A stretch of 64,000 bases of DNA from Eutreptiella sp. 'Long Island Sound 2002' (GCA_964036045.1 OZ038378.1:185876001-185940000), one strand, 5' to 3'; positions 51,011 to 63,000 are shown, counted from the first letter of the stretch. Made by a program: numbers and translations. The notes: generated by a model not told the origin, from the sequence alone.

Positions 51011-52432
51011 TAGGCTGCTTTTGATTGTACTAACCCCTTCAAATGCACCAAAGTGTAGAGGAAGCAAACGTGGTACCCATAGGCTGCCGGGTTGACGCCC
51101 TAGGACCCGCAAGGACAAAATCGGACCTAGCTACCTAACCCCTGCCTTCTCGGGGGCCCAAAAATGGGCGGATCGGCTACATAACCGTTGCCTTCTTAGG
51201 GGTCCCAGAGGGGTAGGGATTGGGAATAGCCCAAAAAGTTGCCTTGCACACACCCTGCACCACACCTATCCTTCATGAATTCCCCTCAGTCCCCTTGCTA
51301 TCACATCCATGACATTCTTTACCATCTGCTTCATTTTCCTTGCACAAACAGCTCAGCAATTGCAGAGGAAAATAGGGAATTTGCAGGGGAGGTTGAAGAA
51401 TGTGTCAGGGTGGCGGTGCAAGAGAACCCAAGAGAGGTTGAAGGATTTGAGAGAAGGGGCTGGGGCAAGAGAAATGAGGGGGTGGTTGAACAAGGAATCA
51501 GCAGGAATGAAAGCATATTATGGAGCTTAGGCCTTGGGGTTGGGGGATGCTTGGTTTTGTCAGTGCTTCCCTGATGGGTTGTATTGGCTGGGCACCTCCT
51601 ATGCCGACAGAGCTAGAGGCTCGCCTGCTAGCCCTCTTCAGGTGCGTCCTGCTGTGCATTGCCCTGTGGGTGGGCTGCCTGCTGTACACCATCATGTGGT
51701 GTTGCCAAGGCAAAAGCTGTCGAAGGAGGAAGGGGGCTCCGCCATTCACGCGTGCCAGCCCTGGCACCGTCTGGTAGTGCCTTATTGACCCTCAGGCGTA
51801 GCTTATCCATGAGCGGTGGAAAGTCCAGCGACAGGCCCCACGCCTCAGGCGTAGCTTATACAAGGGGGGGGGAGGGACTGTGGCTGCATCAGCCTCCACA
51901 GTGGACCATTTCTCCCTCAGCAGCTGAGCGGCGATATTTGCAAGCACTTGCATCGATCAATGTCTCACGGCATGCAGGGATTGAACCCTAAAGTTTGTTT
52001 TCTTTGTGTTAGACAGAAATTCAGAACATTTGTACCAGCACCACAAAAACTCCAAACTCAGGCCCCGGTTATTTTACACATTCAGCAGTCGCGGCGCGAC
52101 CTACTGATAAGCTCAAACAGCTGCCCGAGTCCAAGGAGATGGACTTTGGGCGGTGGCCGGCTGTCACGGGCATGAATGTTCCCCCAGGAGTGCGCACGCG
52201 CTGGACACCAGGTGACACGATATGCAACAATGCTGGCTCCAAAAGAGGCACTTGCTCTCTCTGCACTTATTCTTCAGTGCATGCTCACAGAGGCATGGCA
52301 AATAAATATGGGGCACAGAAAATTAACGACTGACACAGAGGGAGAAGGAAGAGGACTCCATACCACTCACCTACTCTTGCGCGCGCGCCCTCCCTCCGTT
52401 CGGAACCTTCGTTCCTTCGGAACTACAGTGCA

Positions 52433-53116
52433 CTACATTAAGGGGAAATCAACATTTTTTTCCGCTTTTTTGCCACCTCCCTCACCCATGTGGATCAAGC
52501 CTATGCAACCCTGCAAAGTTTCAGGCAAGTGATCAATGCTATCCTGTAGAATAGCCTCTACTGTGAGGCGGACAGCGAGTATGATTTTCTCCCCGGTGTC
52601 AGTTGATTTAAGTGCATAGGGGTGTGTGGCATAGAGCGTGGCCACAGCCGGGGACACCCAGCTGGCACAAAGTTTGAATAAGGTGCGGTGCCAGCTCCAA
52701 TGACTGCAATTGTGCTGCCCCAGAGCGGCGTCTTCAGCAATGCCAACGTATATTGTGGCACCATCAGCCCTCAGCCTTAAGAAGCATGCAAAAATTAGCC
52801 TCCGGCGCACCTTGTTCCACAACTATGCCAATCTTCCTGGCTGTGGGAGAGAGGAGAGCAATCCATTGTTGCCTACTACTTGGTGCACCATTGTTGTTTT
52901 GCGTGTGGAACAAGCGGATCTTCTACAATAGTCACAGCCCCAAAATGAGCATCTTCGTGCTTGCCTCGGGATGCCCTTGATACATCTCCCACATGCACTG
53001 TAACCCAAATACTTGCCATGCTGACTGTCCTCGCTCGTAGGCCAGCCAGGTTGAGCTTGCACAACTACTACAAGTATCCTAAAATAGTGTCTGAGCCCGC
53101 AACAATGTGGCCGCAT
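52433..53116 (-). pseudogene. Cys-rich degenerate ORF (one frame, one stop), possible zinc finger
   Basis: ORFs 52823-53116 and 52433-52822 are contiguous in frame; contains CGRC...RRCSFWGCDYCRRSAC. Confidence 0.3.
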
Positions 53117-53654
53117 ACGAACCTCCGAAATCCGTTGACATTAGGGGTATTGTTATGTTCTTCCAACACTCTATGCCTTGCTGGATAACAATCTCACAAA
53201 AGGAAGCACTTTTCTCTACAAAGGTAGATGACTCCACTCGATTTCTGGTGGGTTGGCGTGCACTTGGCAGGTCAGACTCCATGGTAACCCCCCCACCCCC
53301 TTGTCCACCAAGCTTGCAAACTAGCTTAAGTGATGGTCGCATGCTTCACTCAAAGTCACACACCGTGCAGCGTGCATGTGTGGAACCTTTCTTGTATATT
53401 CGTGGCCGGCTTTGGTACAGCAAACAGTTGTAGGTGTGGGATGCGCGGCCTCATGGTTTGCTGTGTTGGAAAAGGAAATGGGGACAGCAAACGAATGCAG
53501 GGCGAGAAAACAATGATTAGGATGTCTGGTGCGCCCCTTCCCACACAACAGTCCCTGGTGGCGATGTTTTGTGACCACACTGTTTCGGCAAAAGGTGAAA
53601 CACGCGCATGGGGCAACCCAAGTACTTCATGCAACCCATCCAAAAGTGGGGATA

Positions 53655-54379
53655 GGGGGAATCATTGCACTGTGCGCTCACTGTGCGCACACTGCGCGCT
53701 ACTTTTAGACTATGTTCCCCCTGAAGAGCCCCTAGGCACACCCCTTGGAAACACCCTTAGAATTAGGCGACCCAAACTGGACCGGAGGGGACCTTGAGGG
53801 GGACCTTCCCGGTTCTTGGGGCTTGGTGAAGGACCATGGCCCTTTGGGGGGGAACTTGACCGTGTGTTGGGCGGAGATGGAGGGCAGTCAGGTGGCGAGT
53901 CTGAACTTGGGATGGCAAAGGAGGTGGACTCCTTCTTGCATTGCAGATTCACCACTCTCAACCCATCTTGGTAGCATTCCAAGTGGAGGAGTCCGTCTTC
54001 AGCCATCCTAACCATCGTGGCAGGAGGTCGTAGGCCATTGGAGCAGGTGTAGAACACCCTGTCCCCAATACTGAGATCCATGGAGAAAGTGGGCCTGAGA
54101 AATGAGGAGGGAAGTATGATGTCCTGTAGCAGGCACCCTCAAAATGTATCACCATATCAATCAACCGAGAAAAAGAGTAGATGTGGTGGAAATGGGTAAA
54201 TAATGTGTGGAAAAAAGTAGAAATGGGTGAAATAGGGTGAACATCCAAAAATGCCATATCCCCAATGCATCAAAACCTGCTACCAAACAACAATGATGCC
54301 CAAAGTACCACAAAGTATGGGTTTCTACGACGGCCGGACGCCCAAATAGTTGCAGTGCGCGCACTGCGCTTAAGGCGCC
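53655..54379. mobile_element. ~725-bp non-autonomous element, copy 1
   Basis: Near-identical to 59642-60371. Shares its ggggaatccttgcac start with 1705 and 6477, and interior sequence with 6030-6250 and 63500-63720. Confidence 0.85.
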
Positions 54380-54851
54380 CCCACAGACCTCACAAAAAAT
54401 GAGATGCCAACTATGTCTACACGGACTAATGCCTTGCAAACCACCCAACCTTGATGTGGCGGGGCTGAATATAGCATTCCATGTTTGTGGGGTTGCACAC
54501 CACACATATTTTCATGATCCTGCGTCCATATCAACCACATCCCCAAGAAGAGGAGACGAAACAATCTCAAAGCATTAATGTCCTGGGACATAGACCTCAT
54601 TCATTTTCAGAGAGCAACAATAAGTGTGCAACCAACCCGTCATCAATACATTGCCTCAAGCAACACTGGGGTAGTGTAAGCCACAGGGGCAACTTGGCCA
54701 GACACTCTAGCAACAAGGAGTGCAAGCATACACCTTAGACATGCACCTCTTTCATTCAGTCCTGATTTTTAGATGTGAGGGAAGGCATTGGCCATTTGTG
54801 CAATGTTGGTGTTCACCAAACAAATGTGCCCTTTCCTCAAACAATTGTTTC

Positions 54852-55051
54852 NNNNNNNNNNNNNNNNNNNNNNNNNNNNNNNNNNNNNNNNNNNNNNNNN
54901 NNNNNNNNNNNNNNNNNNNNNNNNNNNNNNNNNNNNNNNNNNNNNNNNNNNNNNNNNNNNNNNNNNNNNNNNNNNNNNNNNNNNNNNNNNNNNNNNNNNN
55001 NNNNNNNNNNNNNNNNNNNNNNNNNNNNNNNNNNNNNNNNNNNNNNNNNNN
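54852..55051. other. Assembly gap (200 N)
   Basis: Run of N. Confidence 1.
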
Positions 55052-55129
55052 TGAGTCGTGTCCCCGGGCGGGCGACTACAACCGGTCCTGATGCGATACC
55101 CCTCCCAGCTATCTGCCAAAACTGTTGGG

Positions 55130-55782
55130 GCCATGAGGCAACGGATACTGGGTTCGCATACGCCCCCGTGTCACAGGCACATGGTCATCACCACACAGTT
55201 CAATGTTTTGCCTTGCTGCACTGCAGCGCAGACCAGTTGTGTACCACTCCAGGTGGCTTTTGATTGTGCTTTGGCCTTGGCCATGTGTACATCTGGGTCA
55301 GCTCGCACCCACCACCCTCCCACAGTGCCGCTTAGTCTCTAACCCTCGCCCTGCGGGTCTCTCTCTCTCTCTCTGGCCTTTCGCTCTGTGGGCTTCTCTC
55401 TCTCTATCTGTGTCTCGCCCACTCTCTCTCTGTGTGTCTCGCCCTCTCTCTCTCTCTCAGTGTCTCGCCCTCTTCTGTCGGGGCCATGAGGCAACTGATA
55501 CTGGGCTCGCATACGCCCCCGTGTCACAGGCGCATGGTCGTTACCACTCAGTTCAATGTTTCGCCTTGCTGCACTGCAGCGCTGACCACTTCTGTACCAC
55601 TCCAGGTGGTTTGTGATTGTGCGTTGGCTGCCTGTACATCTGGGTCAGCTCGCACCCACCACCCTCCCACAGTGCCGGTTAGTCTCTAACGCTCGCTCTG
55701 CGGGTCTCTCTCCCTCTCTCTCGCTCTCTCTCTCGTTCTCTCTCTCTGGCCTTCCTCCCACTCTCTCTCTCTCTCTGTGACC

Positions 55783-55830
<48 letters not shown>
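55130..55830. repeat. Two ~200-bp repeat copies separated and followed by (CT)n-rich microsatellite
   Basis: ggccatgaggcaac...cacagtgccg at about 55130 and 55480, with a partial third copy near 58180. (ct)n at 55700-55830. Confidence 0.8.
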
Positions 55831-55835
<5 letters not shown>

Positions 55836-56118
55836 AAAGGAGGTTTCGGGATGTTCGGTGGGTCTCTATCCCCCCCGGGGTTCGAACCCTCCTCTACGAA
55901 ACAGAAGAGGTGTGCTGTACCCACTGTACTACGAAGAGCTGCTTTCTGCTCTGTAGCACTGACCTGCTCTGCTCTCTATCTGTGTCTCCCTTTCTCTCTC
56001 TGTGTGTCTCGCTCTCTTTCCCCCTCCTCGCCCCTCTTCTGCTCCCTCTCCTCACCCTCCCCAGGGGTTTGTCTTGTGCCTCTGCCGCTTCTTACACCCC
56101 CCTGCTTGCTGTCCCCTG

Positions 56119-56874
56119 TCAGGCATATCGCCGTTCGCAGGGCGGTGTGCTCAGCAACGTGTAGAGGAACCGTACGGCGTCTCCGGATACCGGGTCTGTT
56201 TGCCTGAAGAGCGTTCTTTGGAACAGCCTTAAGAGATCAGCTCGGCCCGTCAGCCACACATGCAGGCGGTCTCCATTTCTGCTCACAGAGGAGGGCACCG
56301 CTCTGTGTCCCTCTGCCGTCGGACAGTGGAGGATCGCCTCCCATTGGAACGGATGCCACTTGCCTGCACTCTTGGGTCGCCACTGAACCTGCATGTTCGT
56401 CAGAGCCTGAGTCTTCACGGTCCAGTTGATTTGGACCATCACCGAGTAGAGTTCTTCGTTGCTCATCAGCAATGGCTCTCCATGATTGTCCACAATCTCA
56501 CAGTGCATCCTGGTGTTGTGTGGTTGGTCCAGTCGGAGCCAGATCTGCTGATTGCGGGCCCAGGCCATAGTGGTCAGCTCGGCATTGACTGCTCTCAACC
56601 CTTCGTCCGCTATGGCATCTAGCTGGCTCAGTGCTTGCACCTTGAAACGCTGGCGTTCTTGCTGGGGCTTGGCCTTCTTTGGGGCTGGATGTATTTGTGT
56701 GTAGGGGCCATGTCGATGCTGATGTGGCCCCTGTTTCTTCCATGGCCTTCCCGGCGGCATCACGCCGCGAGCTCTTCCGCGACAGGACGCGGGGTTTGTG
56801 TTTGTGTTCAGCCGTTGCCGTTGCCAAGCCTTCGTGCTGATGTACTTCGCGACAAAACGCGGGGCTTGTGTCAA
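56119..56874 (-). CDS. Orphan 251-aa ORF downstream of an RNase H ORF
   Basis: ATG start, basic N-terminus and globular-looking core (WARNQQIWLRLDQPHNTRMHCEIVD...). No family recognised. Confidence 0.4.
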   Translation of the reverse strand: MTQAPRFVAKYISTKAWQRQRLNTNTNPASCRGRARGVMPPGRPWKKQGPHQHRHGPYTQIHPAPKKAKPQQERQRFKVQALSQLDAIADEGLRAVNAELTTMAWARNQQIWLRLDQPHNTRMHCEIVDNHGEPLLMSNEELYSVMVQINWTVKTQALTNMQVQWRPKSAGKWHPFQWEAILHCPTAEGHRAVPSSVSRNGDRLHVWLTGRADLLRLFQRTLFRQTDPVSGDAVRFLYTLLSTPPCERRYA

Positions 56875-56978
56875 AATTCGCCTGCGTCAGAACGCACATT
56901 TCGGGCGTTCAGGCATTTGTGGGTTTGAAATCTGTGGAAATTCCGCAGCCAGGATGCGGGGTTCACGGGCTCAAGGTG

Positions 56979-57770
56979 CTAACGACCTTGTCCAGGGTTT
57001 CTGCTTTTCCTGAAATTTCGCCTCTTACGCTGTCGCCTTGTGTCACTCACATCCGTGCTGAAGGACAGTGTTTCAGCTGCAGACATTTCTTCCACCCATC
57101 CTCCCACGCGCATGTACCCTGCCCCTATTTCCTCACTGCCCAAACTGCACGAATTGCATGATTCTATTCCGCGTGGTGCTGGTTTCCCGGAGGCTTCGCC
57201 TGTCAGTTCATCACTATCCATGGGCACCATGCCCAGGGACGACCAGAGTGCTTTGGTGTCCTCTGACTCGGACCCAGACCCTCCTCTCAACCCCACCGTG
57301 GATTCTGACCCAGTTGATGATTGTTGTGTGACTTGTTGGGACCACAGCGGGCTCGAGCACATGCCTTCCATCGCCAATCCATTCACCACCTCATTCCCCT
57401 GCACGTTGACATGGGCTGGGACGTGCTCCCACCTGACTTCTCTTCCTAGCTTTGCCATTTCTTGGAGCAGCATTTCCCGGACGGGCACGTGGACTTGCAG
57501 TTTGCCGGATGTTGTCGTCCACCCTTTTGACTTCCAGTGTTGTGCCCTGCCGGTCGCTCCTAGTTGCAGATACTGTGAGTCAGTGAGGATTGCCAATTTT
57601 GGCACCCAGAACCCCTGTAGGGCTTCCAGTGCTGCCCAGAGCTCCGCTCCGTTGTTTGTTTGCCTGTGACGCGTCGGTACATAGCCGCAGAAACGCACCT
57701 CGGGCCCTTGCGCATCTTCTGTTGCGAATACGCCAAAGCCACCTGCCCTGCGCATGTCTTTGTGGCTCAA
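56979..57770 (-). mobile_element. Retroelement-type RNase HI with acidic tail
   Basis: GGFGV...QTNNGAELWAALEAL...ILTDSQY...WEHVPAHVNVQGNEVVNGLA. The tail (LWSSLGMVPM...STD) parallels the 11 kb copy (VWRELGLEEM...STD). Confidence 0.85.
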
Positions 57771-58339
57771 TCTATTCGATGACCCGTCTGTGTATACAAT
57801 CCTGTATCCTTTCGCTACCAGCTCTGCAATCAGGTCTTGTAGGTTTGTCGGGGAGGGGGGGGGGGGGTATTGGCAGCTCGGCTGGGGGGGGGGGGCTGCG
57901 CGCGACCCACAAGGGGGTGTGTGTGTCTAGGGGCATGGGGGAAGTACAATATTAAAGAGGGAGACCCGCAGGGGTCCAGGGCTCCTGTGGTCGCCTGGGG
58001 CGCCACCAAAATCAGTGCAGGGTACAGTGTGTGCGCCACCCTGTCCGGCGCCCGCCGGGGTCGCAGCTGGGGGCCTCGCCTGGGTCAGAACCTCTATTGG
58101 GGTGGGGTTATGTGACCTCCGTCCCGGCGCTTCTATGCCTGGCCGAGTCATGCTGCACCACTCACGCCCGCTTTGCGGGCCATGAGGCAACGGATACTGG
58201 GTTCGCATACGCCCCCGTGTCACAGGCGCATGGTCATCACCACACACTTTGCGGGGGGGGGGGGGTGTCAGGGTGCCCCCGTCCTCTCTTGAAGGCCTGG
58301 CCTCCTCTCACCGACGCCTGCTGGCACTGCTTGGGCCGC

Positions 58340-60790
58340 TTAGCTGAGCCCCCCCCCCCTTGGGGTGCGCAGCCCCGCCGCCCTCGCTCCGCCCGGCGCC
58401 CCGGGCGGTATCGGTAGGGGGGGGTGCCCCGTATGTCGCCTGGCGCAGCAGTGCCGCACCCCCCTGCCCACCGCCGCGCATGTGGCGCATTGTCTGTGAT
58501 TGTGTGTAGCGCAAAGCCACAGCCGCGGGAGTCGCGGTCGGGTTTCCGGGTGCCTAGCCACGGCGCACCACTGAGGTGGTGTGAAAAGCACAGCCCCTCC
58601 CCTTGGCGCTGGCGTCGCCGCTTCTCCGCTGGGCTCTTCCACTCTGTACTGTACGCCTCTGCGTGCCCCTTCCGGTAGAACCGGTCCTACGTAGAAGTCG
58701 GTGGTGTACGTCCTAGCTGCTTTCTTTGCCCCTCCTTTGCCTAGGCATCGTTCCCGCGGCCGCGTGCTGTCGTTCTGCCCGTTGGTTGAATGTCCATGGG
58801 CGCGTCTCCGTTTCTGGCGCTGCTTTGCTACTCGTGACTGCTGTTGCTGCGCCCATCTCTCATCATCGTATTTCTGCAGGCGCTTCGGGTGATGCCATAC
58901 TGCCATAGGCCTTGTGAAAAGGGGTCGTCGCTTCACTCCTACCACTGGGCCTGCCCCCAGCGGCACCAAACAGCACCAGTGGTTGGTGATCCGGGCTGGC
59001 AGGATGGACTCCTTCCCTGCCGCCTTGCCCATTAGGGTTGCCACCAGGCGCATTACTCTGCCCTTTTCCTGCAGTGCAGCTCCGTGCCTGTAAATCTGGA
59101 TTGCGGGGTGGGCGGCAGGGGCCTGCCCGCGTGCGTCTCAAAATCTAGGGCCAGCTCCATAAATGAGACATGCCCGTGTCCCTGCGGCAGGGTGTCATCT
59201 GCGGGGAGCCATTCTAGGTCTTGCAGCCACGCGACCATAGCCGGTAGAAAATCGGTACCCCACTTCCAGTCTCTGGACAACGCCCCCATGGCCGGGAGGG
59301 AGGTTCTCTGAGCCCTGGGTCTGGGGGGCTGCAGCTGGTACCAGGGATACTCCTCCCGCGGCACTTCTGTTCTTCCTCCCACTGCATTCGGGCCCGCAGC
59401 ACCGTTCTGAACATGCCATGGAGCTTGTGGACAAACTGCTCCAGCGGGTTGTTGCCTTCCTCCGCCCACTGGTGTTCCGCCAGGGCGAGCTCATCCCTCT
59501 GTCGCCCCGACTCCAAGTCCTCGTCCTCCAAGTCCGGTATCTGGTGCCGTGATATTTTGTTCAGCTCCCTGCACCTCTTCTTCCACCCTGGGCCTTGCGC
59601 CAGTCCACTTCGGGCGACCACGGACTCTAGCAACAGCCCACGGGGGGAATCCTTGCACTGTGCGCTCACTGTGCGCACACTGCGCGCTACTTTTAGACTA
59701 TGTTCCCCCTGAAGAGCCCCTAGGCACGCCCCTTGGAAACACCCTTAGAATTAGGCTGACCCAAACTGGACCGGAGGGGACCTTGAGGGGGACCTTCCCG
59801 GTTCTTGGGGCATGGTGAAGGACCATGGCCCTTTGGGGGGAAACTTGACCGTGTGTTGGGCGGCGGATATGGAGGGCAGTCAGGTGGCGAGTCTGAACTT
59901 GGGATGGCAAAGGAGGTGGACTCCTTCTTGCATTGCAGATTCACCACTCTCAACCCATCTTGGTAGCATTCCAAGTGGAGGAGTCCGTCTTCAACCGTCC
60001 TAACCACCGTGGCAGGAGGTCGTAGGCCATTGGAGCAGGTGTAGAACACCCTGTCCCCAATACTGAGATCCATGGAGAAAATGGGCCTGAGAAATGAGGA
60101 GGGAAGTATGATGTCCTGTAGCAGGCACCCTCAAAATGTATCACCATATCAATCAACCGAGAAAAAGAGTAGATGTGGTGGAAATGGGTAAATAATGTGT
60201 GGAAAAAAGTAGAAATGGGTGAAATAGGGTGAACATCCAAAAATGCCATATCCCCAATGCATCAAAACCTGCTACCAAACAACAATGATGCCCAAAGTAC
60301 CACAAAGTATGGGTTTCTACGACGGCCGGACGCCCAAATAGTTGCAGTGCGCGCACTGCGCTTAAGGCGCCCCCACACAATCGCAGACACGGCGGCCATT
60401 CAGATAGCGGCCCCAGTTTGAGGGCCCGTGCCAAAAGCATGATATCCGGTACGAGGGGGTCCTGCACTGTTTTCCACGCGACGCACCTCCACAGTAGGTG
60501 ATCCTCATCTTCCCGCACTTCTCGGGGGCAGTACGGGAAGTCGCCGTCTGGGCGTAGCCCTCGTCCATGGGCTCTATCGGCTGTCCAGATAGCCCCTGCC
60601 ATCACTCCTCTGAGCAGGGACCTGTCCAACTTTGTGTCGCAGGCGGCGATGTCGCTCAGTGTCACTCCCATATGGCCTGGGCCACCGTCTGCGCCGTTCC
60701 CGGATTGCGTGCCAGGTGGGCCAGCCAGCACATCCTCCTGTAGGGTATCACCATCCACGGCGCGACTCTGTGCCCCGGCAATAGTAGAGT
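58340..60790 (-). mobile_element. Decayed LINE 3' region (zinc finger plus conserved C-terminal domain), interrupted by a 730-bp element
   Basis: LLRGVMAGAIWTADR...PYCP...EDEDHLLWRC (zf-RVT-like). The frame WPPCLRLCG|LLLES is restored by removing 59642-60371 and one cccac. VSFMELALDFE domain present; frameshifts. Confidence 0.8.
59642..60371. mobile_element. ~730-bp non-autonomous element, copy 2, with an apparent 5-bp TSD (cccac)
   Basis: cccac at 59637-41 and 60372-76; excision restores the LINE reading frame. Confidence 0.85.
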
Positions 60791-60866
60791 GAATACAATT
60801 TCTTTCGCCCTGCAAGGCCTGCTCGGTCCCCTAGAACTATCAAACATTCTGATTCAAGAATTGTCT

Positions 60867-61118
60867 TTAGATTTCTAACTCCCCTAGAATGGTGTCTCTT
60901 TGACAGCTCAGATATTCCAGAAAGAATTCTGAAAAGCCTCCCATGTATACTACGCAAGAAGAGCCCGACGCCAATTTCGACTTAGAGTAAAGCTTCATAA
61001 GGTGTTTCTGTCCAAATGCAAGTAGACCGCATCTTCACCGTCAGTTCTATTTCACTGGGTCTCTTTCTGACACATTCCACACATTGTTATGCCTTTCGTG
61101 CAAGTCGGAACTTCCCCA
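60867..61118 (-). rRNA. Decayed plastid-type 23S rRNA fragment (NUPT), non-functional
   Basis: gtaaagcttcata.ggt.tttctgtcc...ccgcatcttcac...tatttcac...gcctttcgtgc..gtcggaactt follows the reverse complement of 23S rRNA (E. coli ~1950-2200 region). The gtaaagcttcata form is plastid/cyanobacterial as I recall it. Confidence 0.8.
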
Positions 61119-61849
61119 ACTTAATGGAAAAGAAAAGACTTAATCTGAAACTTTCAGGTGCCACTAGGCCTCTCAAAAAATAGCAATTTTGGGTCGTTCG
61201 GGGGGCCCATGGCCTAGGCTACATGGACCTGGCAGCCACTACGTGGGTCCCCATGGGTGCTAGAGTACCCATCTTGTTAGCAAACGATCACCCAAACCCA
61301 TCCCTAGGGCGACAAAAGGGTTTTGGAAAAAGGCAAAATTGCAAAAAAAAATTTCAGCCAACACAGGCCAACTTGAAAACGACCAAGTCCGCACCAGCAA
61401 ATGCCCATAGGTGGGCTGACTGGAGGTACGTGGGGTTCGGACTCGAGACCCGCCATTGGTTAGAGGGTCCATGTATAAAAAAAAAAGTCATTCCGGACCT
61501 AGGTCAAAATCGATGCACGGCCTCCACAATGCACAAAAAACTTTTGACCCCCCACACCCACCCACTCCCAAAAAAGCAACACCCTGGTATAGGAGGGGGG
61601 TGGCAGGGTCAAAATCGAAAAAATCATAGGGGTATCATTTCATCCCAAAAGTGATGATTTTACCGATTTCAAAAAGTATACACATACCCCCCCCCCCAAC
61701 AGGACGAAATTTTGGCGCATTGGACCAAAAGTTCATAAAACCCAGGAAAAGTGCCAAAACCCGCCGTGTTGGCGCATAATGAATGTCCCCGAGAGATATG
61801 GGAACTGGCATAGAAATTCGGGAAGCATGGGGGTGGGCATGGGAGGGAG

Positions 61850-62105
61850 CTTGGGTATGCGCAATGAGGGCACGCAGTCCCCGAAGCCAACATGCCCACT
61901 CGGCCGAGCGTTGCAGGAATTCAGACGGCTGGGATGGCGCAGCATGCAGGGGTGGTGGCAGTGGTCGCTGCCACACAGCGCAACGGTGGTGCACCTGGTG
62001 CACGTGCCCAAAGAATATGTGGAGCACCTCTTTCGCAAGGCCCTACGAGAGAACCAGCTAACGGCGTTGGAGAAACGGTGGCCGCGCACCTTCGTGAGCA
62101 TGGGA
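61850..62105 (+). mobile_element. LINE post-RT segment, in opposite orientation to its neighbours
   Basis: PLGRALQEFRRLGWRSMQGWWQW...EHLFRKALRENQLTALEKRWPRTF. Confidence 0.55.
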
Positions 62106-62109
62106 GCCC

Positions 62110-63000
62110 GACTAGGCGCCCAGACATCCTTTACTCTTGAACATACGTTTGAGTTGGTCGTACATACCCCCCCCCCCCTTGCGCAAACACGGGCCAGGTT
62201 CTGGTTCTAGGACCAGAAGTGCGGAAACACGGGGTCCCCGTGTTTGGACAAGCCCGTGTTAGCGCGCGGCACGTACTGCGGAACACAAGTTGCAGGCATA
62301 GCCCAATCTTAACCCTCCCAACATGATAGCACAAGTCATTTTTCTTTAGCCACACAACTCAGGTGTCACTCAGTCATTTTCATTCTGATTGGCAGGCACT
62401 GAATAGAACCCCTTGCCAACCTTCCGCTTCATCTTGAAGAGCTGGACATGCTTGCCTTTTGGGGCTAGCTTCGGGGCTGCCTTGGGAGCAGGCTTCGCGG
62501 CTGGCTCAGGCACAGCCTTGAGTTTCGTACCCTTGGGAACAAAACTGTCATCCACGATGTCCATATTGACCCTTCCTGCATCCTGCACAAAGCTATAAAC
62601 CACGTTCTCTATTGGATCAGAACCGAAAAAACGACGGTTCAAAAAAAGGACCGAAAGTGCGGAAACACGGGGTCGCCGTGTTTGGACAAGCCCGTGTTAG
62701 CGCAAGGGGGGGGGGGTACCGCGGAAGGCACGCAGCACTCCCTCATCCATTCCCTGAATTTCCAGCAAAGCCATTGATATGGCCTGCAGTATTAAGTCGA
62801 AGCATTTGGTAAAATCTGTTCCCGCCCCCACCAGCGGGGCGTCCAGCACCTGCGCCCGCTCCACCAGCAGCGTCAGCACCATGGCCGCATCCATGGCTCC
62901 TTTGTGTGGCCTGAAGCCGTACCACTCCCAGTGGATCCACTGCTCTTGCCATTTCAGGGCATCCTCCATCCGTAGCCCTACCCTGGTCTGGGGGCATGGG
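62110..63000 (-). mobile_element. LINE reverse transcriptase fragment (domains 2-4), split by a TIR element
   Basis: WQEQWIH..YGFRP...DFTKCFD...RAFRG|MYDQLKRMFK..GCLGA*. The frame rejoins on removing 62167-62716 and one TA. Confidence 0.85.
62167..62716. mobile_element. 550-bp TIR element (TA TSD) carrying a coding-like cargo
   Basis: ta|(c)n-ttgcgc ... gcgcaa-(g)n|ta. A ~55-bp direct repeat with a hairpin at about 62210-62262 and 62648-62700 brackets ORF 62370-62642. Confidence 0.85.

Noticed and set aside
55845-55890. tRNA B-box-like ggggttcgaaccc
   Set aside because: No cloverleaf or convincing A box; at most a SINE relic.
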